From contig JAYWIR010000024.1 of the NCBI GenBank assembly GCA_036172245.1, forward strand, positions 2,108,001-2,172,000: a stretch of 64,000 bases of DNA. The letters are read 5' to 3'. A model generated the notes under the pieces. It was given only the letters and a program-made list of their open reading frames with translations. It ran no database searches and was not told the DNA's origin. Made by a program: the position numbers and the translations under genes. Shown in pieces: positions 1 through 11,325 of the stretch. This stretch comes from Raillietiella orientalis. Lineage: Eukaryota. Within the stretch, counting starts at the first letter, position 1; each line of letters opens with the position of its first letter.

Positions 1-1430
1 TTTGCAGTCCCGACCAGGAGGAGTGGCTCTACACCACGCCGTGCGAGCCACTCCGACCTACAGTAGCCGGGAACCCCATGCACACGAGGAGCATGGGGCG
101 CAAAGGTCGTTCACGTTTGTCGTCCTCGATTCGCAGAGCAGGCAACTCGCTCCCCATTGCCGGAATGCTCGTGGCACTGGAGGACAGGATGAAAGCAGCA
201 AGCAGCCCACTCTTGTTACGGACCCCAAGCTTCTTCGACCTGGCTTGGTGCCCGAGGGCGAAGGCGAACGAAGCAAGTGTGGCCCGTGAACAGTCCTGGC
301 AGCGAAACGAGGGGAGCCTGTAGGGAAGATGGGCTGTTCGCCTCGCCTTGCATGCTCGGTACCGACGATCCTCTTTGTATGCTCAGGATCCAGGAAACGG
401 CCAGGCGGTGCAAGGAGCGAAGATCGTTAGGCGACGCAGACGCAGCACGTCAGGAAGGAAAGGGCGTGTCCGACTGCAACAAGGGGTCCGGGATATGCGC
501 TGGGACATCGACTGACCGTCAAGAACCAGGTGCTCCCAGAACTACAGAATGGGACGCGGAGCATCGCGTAACGGCGAAAGGAGTGACATTGAGCTCCTCT
601 TCCTTCCGGCTTGCAGGGAGCACAATGGCCCGGAAAGATAGCGGGAATGAAGCGAGCAGAACTGTGCTCGACTTTTTTCCCAGCACGCTGCTTGCCCGGG
701 ATGCAGGAAGATTGGACGAAAAGTGGAGGAGTGCAGATGGCCGACGGTTCCTCGCGCGCTTCCAAGGCAGCCTGGTGGCGACTCCTCCCAGCTCATGCCC
801 TCGCTACGCACGGTCCCTAGGAAGGGCTCCTCGTTGCGGTAGACGACGATTCTGCCACCTCCTCTGGAATGCTCCGATTTTGCATTCCGCTTCAGTTTCT
901 GCTCCCTTTTCGGAAAGCAGGGGGGAATCCATCGGGAAGAGGGCTGAGAGGGCGAGTGCTGGACCAGCGCTGCACAAGCACACCAGCTCATTGAAAGCGA
1001 GCTGAGTTCGCAGCGACTTGGTTCCGCAGTGTTGGCGGTGCCCAGCCCTAATCGCTACGTCACTCGTTCGGGCACGTCGGCCCCTGGCGCTCGCCGCCTG
1101 GCGACGATCTCGGGAGAGTCGGAAGAGATGCTGGAACCTGTGGGAAAAGAACTGCGATATGTACCGAGTCCTGCAGGCTGCGGATGCTTCCTGAAACGGC
1201 GACCTTCAGCAGCGTGCAGTTTCAGTTGCCAAGGGGGAGGATCTCGCGACGTCTCGATCAATTCGTCGCCACCCTTGCACGAGATCCTCCGTCGGAGGAA
1301 GCAGATGGGAGCCCTGACGCGGTCACAGACTACTCGATTCGGTTTCGTTTCGAGGTGGCTTCGAAGAACGGTGCTGTCCGCGAGTTGGACTTGTGGGACG
1401 TGAGCTGGTGAGAGTTCAACAAGTGGAGCG
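1..1430 (+). mobile_element. Highly decayed 5' part (ORF1 end and APE endonuclease) of a non-LTR retrotransposon
   Basis: Frameshifted remnants resemble LINE motifs in the expected order: knuckle-like RRCKERRSLGD (~400), LLWNA (~860), TFSS...SRRLDQF and VTDY (1184-1411). Recognition is weak and by eye. Confidence 0.4.
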
Positions 1431-4212
1431 ATCGCACAAGACAAGTAGCACATCCACCCCACTTTTCGCAGCCACTCTCAGGTCAAACGCGCCCTGTGCA
1501 TGTGCGTTGGCATTCCTTTTTATGTGCGTGAGGCCGACCTCAGATGGTGCGAAGGTGCGTGCTCTTTCTTTCGGACGATGTCCCCACTCGGTTCGTGCCA
1601 GCACCCACCCGGCTTTCCTGGAGTCCGCACTGGGCTGTCTCTTTACAGTGATTGGTTCGCCTTTTCGGACGAGCGTTTGCTATCTCCTCTTCAGAGGTTC
1701 ACGCAGTCTGAAAGCCGAGTAATCCGCTTTCAGGCACCATCCCGAAACAGGCGCTGGAATTCTCTCTGACATCTAGCGGGTAGTCCTCAGGCTGCGTGAT
1801 CCAAAGGTGGAACATGAAAAACGTAGGATAGATTCTAGATTTCTCCTGAATTCGATAACCTCCATCGCTAAAGAGGAAAAAAGGGGGTGATTTGAATATT
1901 CAGAGGGCTTCTTGGCTAATTTGCGTGCGTGTGCGTTTTGTCTGTGGCTGAATCTCCGTGCTCCATCTGCAGCCTGGAGTATGCCGTTGGGTATATCTCG
2001 CAGGAAGGGACTCGTTTTGCTTGTGTAGACAATCAATTGAGGCGACTTTTGATGTACGGAGCGTCTCCTGTGGGTGAGAAATGGCACGATGCTTCCCAAG
2101 GGAGTGTTGTGCCCCGTTGAGATGCACTGTGAGAATGCAGGACGTGAATTCATCCACACAATCAAAATTGGAATCTCCACCCCTTGTTTGAGCTTGTGAT
2201 CACCTATTCCCTGCAAATAATCCCATCCATCTAATGCCTTATGATTTAGTTTCCAGAAATGCTATACCAACCCATACCAACACATGCAACCACCAAGGGT
2301 TACCTGCAACACTACTGTTCACCATTATTTTTAAACCACTTTCAAAAACTAATTCATGATAGCCATTGATGATTATCACGCTCATCATTCTAGTCTCCAT
2401 GCGTAACACAAGGGTGTACCAATCCTGCATCACCATCCTGTGCCCACTTTCCACAATTATCGACCCATGTGCTCTTCATGTCGTCATATAAATTTCTTAT
2501 CGCCCCACCCCCCTCTTACAGTGTCATAATAAGTAGACGATGTCATATGTACCTTTATACTCACCACTCACACATACACAAAAATCTCCATGTTCATCCT
2601 AAAAATCTGCGGGCAAGGCACATTATCAAATCATGACTAAATTCCGAAGTCTCTCAGCATCCAAAGGGATTTTCACGCTTTCCTCGAGAGCTTCTGTGTG
2701 CAGTCTCAGTAGGAAAAATTCGAAAAAAAAAGCCAGTCCGCAGCCACCGGTCAAGGCGAGGTCATGCACGTGTCTTTACGGTCCTTCGGGAAGAAATATA
2801 CGGACAGGTCTAGAAAACAAAGAGGCTGCCTTTTTTTCAACCTAGGGTCTCCATCAGCATATGTAGATCCTCAGGGGTATGCACCACAGTCGCCATCGTA
2901 TCCTCAGCGAAATACACTGTGAGGCATCGGCCTCATCCGCTAAACACAAAAGATGCTTATAAGGAGTGCCATCTGTTTCTTGTGAAATGCATCAGTGCAT
3001 GCACTTCCTCCCTCTCTGAGGCAAGCATATGTACGAATAGCAGTCACTTCCTGGCAGAGATGACACAACGCTGCAGCTCCCAGCAAACGGCCCACTCCCT
3101 ATGGCCATCCACCTCAGCACTGAATTTTGAACCGAGTCGTGAAGCCCATTGCTATGTGAGGACCAGTGTCCATGCTCCAGCTGCACTCCAGCCAGCAACC
3201 CTTCAGACTTCTTGAACCAAAGTCAGACTTTTGACGGACCCAAACATACATGACCTTTTTCCGAGTACGCCAGCCAAGATCCGCCTACGGATCATGCCAC
3301 CTGAGGTAAAGGAGCCAAGGCATGTGATATCAGAGCGACGTACAAGCTACCTCAGATCCCACGTCCTCAGCCTTCGTTACTCAGCCACATAGCCTCACGG
3401 AGTTGCACCTTCGATATGCAAGAGAGCACGCCACCGGACTTTCGAAATGCAACTCTTTAAATGCCCACCTCTCGACCAATGACGGACGTACACTTCACCA
3501 TCGACTCCATGGTGTCCAGGACACAAGGGAGTGCCCGATTTCCGATGCGTGCACCACCGTAGGCAGTGGCCCTTGGAAGGATAGCAGTGGTGTACGGAGC
3601 TGTACCGTTGCGGCAACCTGGAATTGGAAGGAGTACGCTGAATACATGAGCATCACGTGACTGCACGACAGGGATGCACAAAATTATACAAACGAGTTCC
3701 CTAATGTCGCAGTTGAAGCAACATTCGGATTCTGCAGATGCATCCGAAAGGCTGAAGAGAGAAATGGTTCCTCATTGCTGTGCATCGAAGGTCACTGAGC
3801 ACACGCTGGACCGTCAAAGGGAAGCAGAAGACTCCAACCTTTCCAGCAAATAAAGTATGTTGACGTGCAAACAGCCATCGAAAGCGATAATAAAACGTAA
3901 CACTCCCTTTTTAAACTTTTTTATTGAAGAAATGCAACTCTAAAAGCAAAGTCAGATGATGAGTTGAATTGCAGGCGGCTGCTGCCACACCGAACACTTG
4001 CTCATCATTCCAACACTGACATTTCCCCTTCCGCGTTACTACGTCATCACACAATTGGAATTTCCTTTTCAGACTATGTAAGATCATGCTGATCACCACA
4101 AACTACACAGATACAACGCTCTCGCATCAATTTATCTATTACTTCTATGTGCCGCCTTTCCAGGAAACCCGCTGTCTTTACGATTGCGTAGAGGGCATCA
4201 AGAGGAAGAAAC

Positions 4213-6718
4213 ATGAAGATCGCAAAGGCCATCACCGTAGTATTCCTGCAGGTAAGACAGACCTTTTGAACGCAATCCATTTAAAAACCGACAGCACAAA
4301 GTGTACACAAATGACAGAAGGAAAATTCTCCAGAGACAATTGTTTCTTCTCTTCTAGGCATTCTCGTGGAACGTGGCAACTTCTACCTTCCATGGGGAAA
4401 TTGCGATGCATCAACAACCACCTTGCAGCCTAGTTGTCCTGAGCAGAAAACTATATCAACTACAGATACCACTTCCTAGTAGCGTGCCAGTTACGTGTAC
4501 AATAAGTCTCAGTGTGAGTAAACACCCAAGAATTGCCACCATAGGAATCTGAGGTTTTCATGAGCAGGCCGCAATCTTCTCTCCTCTTGTGGAATTGACC
4601 ATAATACCGACGGCAGACACAAGAAATACGGGAGGACATTTGTTCTTCGAGGACGTCATCAGATCAAAAACGTAAGTGTCACCAAAATCAAGTGGACTCG
4701 CGCGTCCCGCTGCTTGCTTGCGCCGGGAATCGATCTCTCCCAGGGGAACCAGCGACTGCACTTGGGGACGTGTCTTTTTCCCCCCATGCGTCACCCAAAT
4801 CTCTCCCTTCTGAAACGGAGTTCTTTTCGAGCCCCAGCAATGCGACCGCATTTCGACAGCGACGCCCACCGCGTGTACGAGAATTCTTCAGGCAGAAGAT
4901 CGGGCGAGTGCGCGCCAAGCAATGTCTTCCGGAACCAACTGCGACTAACACGCGGCGGCAACGCGGAAGGGAACAAAATTCCTCCATGATTTGCTCTGAA
5001 GGCCGTTATACGTTTTAGGGTTGCTTTCCAAAATCTCCGAGAAGAACAAAAATACAGCGTCTTCAAGAGGGCATCCATCGCACTCGTCGACACCATGCTC
5101 CAGGGAATTCTCATCACTCTCAAGAGTGTGCCAACGCCACATCCATACGTCCCTGATCGTGAGCACGAGTACTTCCGTCTTCCCCAGCTGGAGGTCATTG
5201 CATCGGGAAGTAACGAGATCACGTCCTTCGTGGCACTCCAGGTGAGGGTCGCTGCGACGCTCTTCGTCAACATCCGGGTCCACTTGGGTGCGTAAAGTGG
5301 AGCACCCGTCCAGTGAACAAGAAAGCAGATGGCAGGTTATAGGCTTTATTCGGAGATGACTGGTCAAATGGCCGCCGTGACCTCGCTCACGAAAGAGACA
5401 ATCCTTGTTCGAGTCGGTCGTTCTTGTTTGTTTTTGTGAATCTCGATGGGAAGCCCTCTTTTTACAGAGGGATTAATGCCGAATGTCCAACTGCTTGTCG
5501 AAAAACAGAAAGTTCCGAAATCAAAGATCGCGAGAAGTGACCGCTTTCCGATCACTACCCGTTTTTCTATTTTGAAGTAGCCCGGGACTTCCCTTCAAGC
5601 ATCGGTGATCCTCCGACGTCTTCCTCCTGCTGCTGGTCCGATATACAACCTGTACGTGGTAACTGCGTCAGAGGCAGATCCTTCGCTTCCGGAAGTGAGA
5701 AGATTCAATGAGTCCACACTGGACCAAGAGAGAGAAATCTCTACCAGCTATCAAGGCTCCAATATAGAAATCATTCTCATAAGTGAGGAGAAATTATCCG
5801 ATAAAGGATTTTGCATTTTCGGAAAAGTGAAGAAGAACAATATGCTTCCAACCACAACCTCAGGTAAAAGTCTGTTATTTGTCTACGTTCACTCACACCA
5901 GCAATTTGATAGTTGCAACCTCGTCGAACACACCAATGACAACAAGTGCAACAGAAACAGCAGCTAATGGAAGGGAGACAACCACCGATGGAACGGACAC
6001 AACAACTGATGGAACGGACACAACAACTGATCGAACGGACACAACCACCGATGGAACGGACACAACCACCGATGGAACGGACACAACAACTGATGGAACG
6101 GACACAACCACCGATGGAACGGACACAACAACTGATGGAACGGACACAACCACCGATGGAACGGACACAACAACTGATGGAACGGACACAACAACTGATG
6201 GAACGGACACAACCACCGATGGAACGGACACAACCACCGATGGAACGGACACAACCACCGATGGAACGGACACAACAACTGATGGAACGGACACAACCAC
6301 CGATGGAACGGACACAACAACTGATGGAACGGACACAACAACTGATGGAACGGACACAACCACCGATGGAACGGACACAACCACCGATGGAACGGACACA
6401 ACCACCGATGGAACGGACACAACCACCGATGGAACGGACACAACAACTGATGGAACGGACACAACAACTGATGGAACGGACACAACAACTGATGGAACGG
6501 ACACAACCACCGATGGAACGGACACAACCACCGATGGAACGGACACAACAACTGATGGAACGGACACAACCACCGATGGAACGGACACAACAACTGATGG
6601 AACGGACACAACAACTGATGGAACGGAAACAATTAGCACGACGGATGCTTCTATGGAGTCCAGTTCTTCTTCCCTCTCATCCTTTACTCTAGATGTTGCC
6701 GCTGTCAAGAGAAGGTAG
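4213..6718 (+). CDS. Uncharacterised secreted or surface protein: signal peptide, CUB-like beta domain(s), Thr/Asp-rich mucin-like stalk (family copy 1)
   Basis: Phase-consistent GT-AG exons 4213-4251 (MKIAKAITVVFLQ), 4358-4513, 4568-4671, 5019-5241, 5581-5863 and 5913-6718. Exon 5 ends ...YQGSNIEIILISEEKLSDKGFCIFG, which resembles a CUB C-terminal strand. Exon 6 is (TTTDGTD)n. The 3' end is uncertain (possible extra 35-nt intron 6658-6692). Confidence 0.75.
5978..6628 (+). repeat. Coding minisatellite, 31 x 21 bp (ACAACC/AACC/TGATGGAACGGAC)
   Basis: Directly visible. Two unit variants (acaaccacc.. and acaacaact..) are synonymous in the TTTDGTD frame. Confidence 0.98.
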
Positions 6719-8199
6719 CTGTATGGCATAAAAAAACCATTGCCATCACAGTTGGTGTGGTATTGCAATAGCAGAACTGTTCCCACTGCTGCGAAGTATC
6801 GCTAAAGTTCTTCTGTCGTGCCTGTCTATCAGTAAAGTACAACCCCTTGATAGCGAGGATGGGTTCCCTTGGCCACCTATGCGAGTCTTCTCCAATCGCA
6901 CTCGTTGACCTTGCGTTCTCTCGTCTCACGCTGAATGGAGAGTCTCCAGAGGGTTTTTCCAGACTTGTGGATCCCGCTGCTCCCTGCACACCCTACGAAC
7001 ATTCGACGTCGGACACCAGCACGCCGAACCCTTTCCTTCTTTCCCGGCTGCGTTTCCAGGAAACACACGTCATCTCGAATGCTGCTTGGCTGCCAGTTTC
7101 TGCGTTTGCGTGCACCTTCCTCTGGAGTGGAGGCCTTCCTTCGCTAGCCTGTCGCGGGAACGCGGGGCTCGAATCTCCTCTTTCCTGCGCGTGACCGGGA
7201 ATGGACTTCCTGCCAGCTTTCCGCGTGTGACTGAACGGACGCACGTGATCGGGCGTGCTTGCGAAGCTCCTCGCCTTTCTCTAGAAGCGCGAAACTCAAG
7301 CAATGCTCGTCCCGGATTCGCCCTGTTGCAGAGGTCGTACCAGAACAGGACCGAACTGGACCACTGATGCGAGAGCGAGTTTTCCATCACCGCTCGCACT
7401 TTCGTCCTCTCCTGCTTTCGCTCGAGCGCGCGTCCCTTAGCGGTGCTCCGGGTGGGATGACGGAAAGCAGCCAGGTGCCCTCGTGGTTTATGGTGGTGAC
7501 GTCGGACTTCACTCCTGAGCTCCAGCCACGGCCGTGGATTCCGCGCGTTCAAGCGTGACCTCTGCTCTCTGGAAGGCTCCGGTCGAGGCTGCGAGTTGGG
7601 AGTCGGCGAACTGCTCTCTCTCTCCGTCCTGTCCTTCGGGACCGTCTGCACCCTCATAGGCGTCCTCCGCTGACTCCTGCACGGCGTGGCCCTCCCCTTG
7701 CGCAGGGATTTCCAGTCCAATGCAAGGAGGTGTCGCTCCCTGTCTCCCTTGCACGTGGCAGCGCGATGACTTACCTCTCGTTCTGCCGGACTGGAACGGA
7801 TCGCGAAGGAGCGACTTTCTGGAACTTGCTTTCCTCAGAACAGCAGTCCCCACGGTCCGCTGGGGGACCTCCGCTCATCTGCCCCGAAGATTTTCTGTTG
7901 CAATCCTATGCTCCATCCGGGGGATCACTTTGGTCTGCTCGGGGCTGCGGATTCGGGAACGCGGGCTGATGCGCCCTCTTCTCTGTTGATTCCGAGACGC
8001 TCTCCGATTCCGCCTTCTTCTTGATGAAACTTCTTTCCCATTTGAAACATCCCATCCACTTTGCTCCCTCTTCCCAGGAGCTTTTCCCCGAACCATGCCG
8101 AGGCACAGCCCCACTTCCCGCACTGCATGCTTTCCCTTCGCGCACTTCTGCCTGGGTCAATGGCCCTGCCTCACCAACGGACTCCGCCGTGCAAAAGTC

Positions 8200-8700
8200 T
8201 TCCAGCACGCAACAGAAACAACAACTTCCAGTCTTCCGGGATCTCAACGGCTTGCTTCCATGACGTCGTTTCCTCCCGCCCATGCTGGAGCGTTTGCTCG
8301 CAAAGAAATAAACAAGGAAGTTGGAAGCGGAGTTCCCGGAGGAGAGGAAATAAAAAACAATGCAAACGAGTCCGAGGGAGGACTCATTCGTACGGTTACT
8401 GGAAAAATCCGGAACGGGAGGGAAGACAACCCAGGAAAGGCGTTTTTTTTTGTCTTTGGCTGGTCGTTCCTGCTGAGAACCGGTGTGTGGTACGCTGGCG
8501 ATCTCCCTGGAGACTTCTCGCAATTGAGGCCACCCTGCAGCCTCACTTGGGCGGCTGTCTCGTGGGTGACCTCTCCTCGCTGCCCACGAGACTGGCTGAA
8601 GCACGCGGCGGCGGTCTGTGACGGCGGTACGGATGTCGCTGCGGTGGCGGCGCCTGCCCAAAGTCCGCGGTGCACGCAGAAGCTGCGCAGCAAGTCGGTG
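8200..8700 (-). mobile_element. Decayed 3' end of L1/Tx1-like LINE
   Basis: AAGWPQLREVSREIAS matches the family's C-terminal WPHL motif and is followed by a T-rich 3' UTR on the minus strand. Confidence 0.5.
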
Positions 8701-8949
8701 GTGGTTTCCTGCGGGTGCAGGGGCGCTGAACTAGGCCTCCGCCCTCCACGGTCCGTGGAGGGCACCGCAGTCCGTCGACAGCAGCGCGGACGGTCGAACT
8801 GCCCGCCCCGCCGCACCTAGACTAGCTCGGGACACCGGGACGCAACTGCCCCGGGACACTGGGTTCCCGAGCTGGTTGCACCGGAAACTTCAGGAAAATC
8901 TCTCTCGCTTCCTAGCCGCGCGCTCCTCAGATTGGAGAACAACTTGACG

Positions 8950-9710
8950 AACGAGCTCGGAATGGTGATCTCCGGTCAGCGGTTTAAAGGTTGCGGAGGT
9001 CTCCTGCTTTCGATCGGGTCTGACTGCACCCGGCCAAGGCATTCCCGTGATGGTGCAACTCAGGTGCGTGGGTAGCCCCCTAAGAGAGCTTCCGCGTGCA
9101 GGGGTAGTGATCCATTGCTGTCCCCGAAGGGTGGAGAAGGCACTGGCGTTAAATATAGTGTTTGCGATCACCGGTGGTGGTGTCTCCTGCTTTTTGATAG
9201 GATGGCGAAGAGTTCAACCCAGCGAACAAGCCCTCTAAGAGGAGTCAAGGCTGTTGCAGCGTCAGCGAGCTCGCGCACGGTCCAGCCACTTGTAGGTTGC
9301 TGCAAATTCCTTCGGAGGAGATGAAGTGGTCCCCAGCATGTTAAAACAGTGCAACCCTCGCTCTAAAGTGGCAGGAGTCGGCGATCCTTGTCGGCCATCT
9401 ATTTTGCTGTCCTCTTCATGGGGATAGCGTCAAGATGGCCCCATCTGAGAATCCTGAAACTTCGAGGAACTTCACGGCATTCTGGCAAGGATGCAAAGAT
9501 CGCCTTCCAGCAGGATTTTATTCTTACTTTCTTTGTCTTCCCTCCCCCTCTGCAAACGAGGCGAACCTCGCCGGCCTGCGTGCCGGTTCTCGGCAGGTTC
9601 CTTTTTGTACATTTGTAACGTGGGAGGACTAAGCTAAGTCCACCACGCGTCCTGGCACCCACTTGAAAGTTTATTTTATATAAATAAACGCCACGGCTCA
9701 ACCGAGTGTC
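8950..9710 (+). mobile_element. Decayed 3' end of L1/Tx1-like LINE
   Basis: ASRWPHL C-terminal motif (9388-9618 ORF), T-rich UTR and family terminal motif at 9682-9708. Confidence 0.6.
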
Positions 9711-9714
9711 AAGC

Positions 9715-10270
9715 CTCCCACCTCTCCGGTAGGAGGGTGTTGTGGATCTCGGAAGTGGAGGACACCGTTGGCGGTAAAGAGGGCGGCTGACCGGTAGGCC
9801 AGTAGTGCTGGTTCACTGCCCATCGCCTCCACGGTTCCTGTGGCGTTCTGGTGATATGGCCGGCATTTCGTTACGTCGCTCTTGGGATTAGTCAGCTCGG
9901 CTTACATTCAAACTGTCTCCTGCCTCCAGACGTAGGTGTTAACCGGGAGGTGGGCGATCCACTGGTGTGCTCTTGTGAGGATGGCTGTTCTTGTCGAAGC
10001 GGGAGGCCGTACGCGGCTGGGATCCGGGAGTACTGCGAGAAAGCAGAGTCGCTAGTCCTTCGTGGCCAGCCGCTCCCCGGGACGCAACAGTGGGGGGTTC
10101 AATATCCGGACAGCAAGGCTAGTCTCCGGACATAGAACTGGAGCTTCATTCGCTCCAGCATTAGGATGCCAAGTCCCCCGTCCCAACAAAGAGCGCACAC
10201 ATCCTTCGATAGGATGCGGGACCTCCACGTGCCCCAAAAGACCCTTCGCAGGAGGTATCTTGTTCTTTTT
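9715..10270 (-). mobile_element. LINE ORF2 fragment (post-RT region)
   Basis: The minus strand reads ...VFWGTWRSRILSKDVCALCWDGGLGILMLE, homologous to ALWGKGRPLVPLKDLCAPRRDGGLSILTLE of the 12003-13295 ORF. Confidence 0.55.
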
Positions 10271-10274
10271 TAAC

Positions 10275-10889
10275 TTAAGGCCGACGGAATGCAGTCTCTC
10301 CGAGCTGCTTCTTCCGGCGAATGCCCCTGCTCTCGATGAGGAGGAACGCGCCACTCTTGACTTGCCCTTCACGGCGGAAGAAGTGTATTCCTCCATAGTG
10401 GGCCTGAAGAAGCGAAAGGCGCCAGGTGAGGAAGGCCTGTCTGCGGAGTTCTTCCAGTGCTTTGCTGTGGAACTCATCCCCCTGGTGCTGAGCCTTTCTA
10501 CGCTGATGCGAGAGACGGGCGATGTCCCGGCCTCGTTTCGCACAGCAAGGGTGCGTCTCCTGCCGAAAGGCGGAGACATGCGCCAATTAAACAACTGGCG
10601 TCCGATCACCTTGGTGAATTCGGAACTCAAGTTGTTCTCCAGGCTCTAGGTCGCGCGCCTAGGCAGGATCGCGGGATCCGTGGTAAGTCCGGAGCAGTTC
10701 TACGCTGTTCCCGGACGGTTCATGGAGACGAACCTGTTCTTCGCGCGCACGTGGCTCGAGCTGCAGCGACGCGTGGCGCACGACAGCCAGGCAACCGCAA
10801 CCGCGGCTGCATCGGCTAGGCGTAGGTGCATTCGGCCTGAGGAAACGCCGGGTGTCTTGGAGGTAGCTGTCGGTCTCCACAAGGCGGTC
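10275..10889 (+). mobile_element. LINE reverse transcriptase N-terminal fragment (stop at 10647-10649), interrupted by nested LINE insertions
   Basis: PFTAEEV..KAPGEEGLSAEFF..LLPKGGDMRQLNNWRPITLVNSELKLFSR, then EQFYAVPGR and AVGLHKAV; these are RT subdomains 0-3. Confidence 0.88.
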
Positions 10890-10890
10890 T

Positions 10891-11325
10891 ATTTTCACTC
10901 GGATTTCGCCGAGGCGTTTATTTAAAAATAAACTTTGAGAAAGACGTCAGTGGCTGGAGCAATGCTCCAGCCACGCACGAAGAAACACAGAGTCTGCCGG
11001 ATCACCGGTTCTCAGACCGGTACGGTCCACCAAGGCAGCAGGGGGAAGGGGGAAAAACAAAAAAACTAAACAAAAAGAAAAAAAAGAGTGGGAGGGTACG
11101 TGAAGGGATCACTGTTGCTGCTGGGGCCGTTGCATCCTTCTCAGGATGCCGGCAAGCTCTTCTTGTATTCGCGGATCCAGGTGAGGCCATCGCGACGCCC
11201 TCCTCAGGAATTGGGCGGCGCCCTGGATGGCATCCTTATCGCGTGGTCCTCCGGTAGCCGTGCTCCATGCGGCGACGATCCCGCGAAGGCAGCACAAGGC
11301 TGCTATCGAGGCCGCTGGCCGATGC
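10891..11325 (-). mobile_element. Short 5'-truncated LINE 3' end
   Basis: RRASRWPHLDPRIQEELAGILRRMQ, T-rich UTR and terminal motif at 10896-10923. Confidence 0.7.

Larger units (their letters stand above)
3460..7127 (+). repeat. Left arm of large inverted duplication (partner 15446-18600)
   Basis: Mirrored near-identical ORFs, e.g. 4945-5367(-) vs 16698-17120(+) and 5605(+) vs 16460(-); coordinates sum to 22065 over 4213-5863. Homology starts at aatgcccacct (3460/18600) and ends at ...gtgcaccttc.tctggag (7127/15446). Confidence 0.97.

Noticed and set aside
5978..6628. CRISPR array
   Set aside because: Contiguous tandem units without unique spacers, no cas genes, eukaryotic context.
5893..6786. 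Long ORFs (VVVSVPS)n, (LCPFHRW)n and (MERTQPP)n over the 21-bp array
   Set aside because: Shadow frames of a stop-free repeat. Splice phase and the synonymous variants favour the + TTTDGTD frame.
7130..7800. Possible LINE ORF1 zinc knuckle (RGHLAA) on the minus strand
   Set aside because: Cysteines are missing and a single motif is insufficient.
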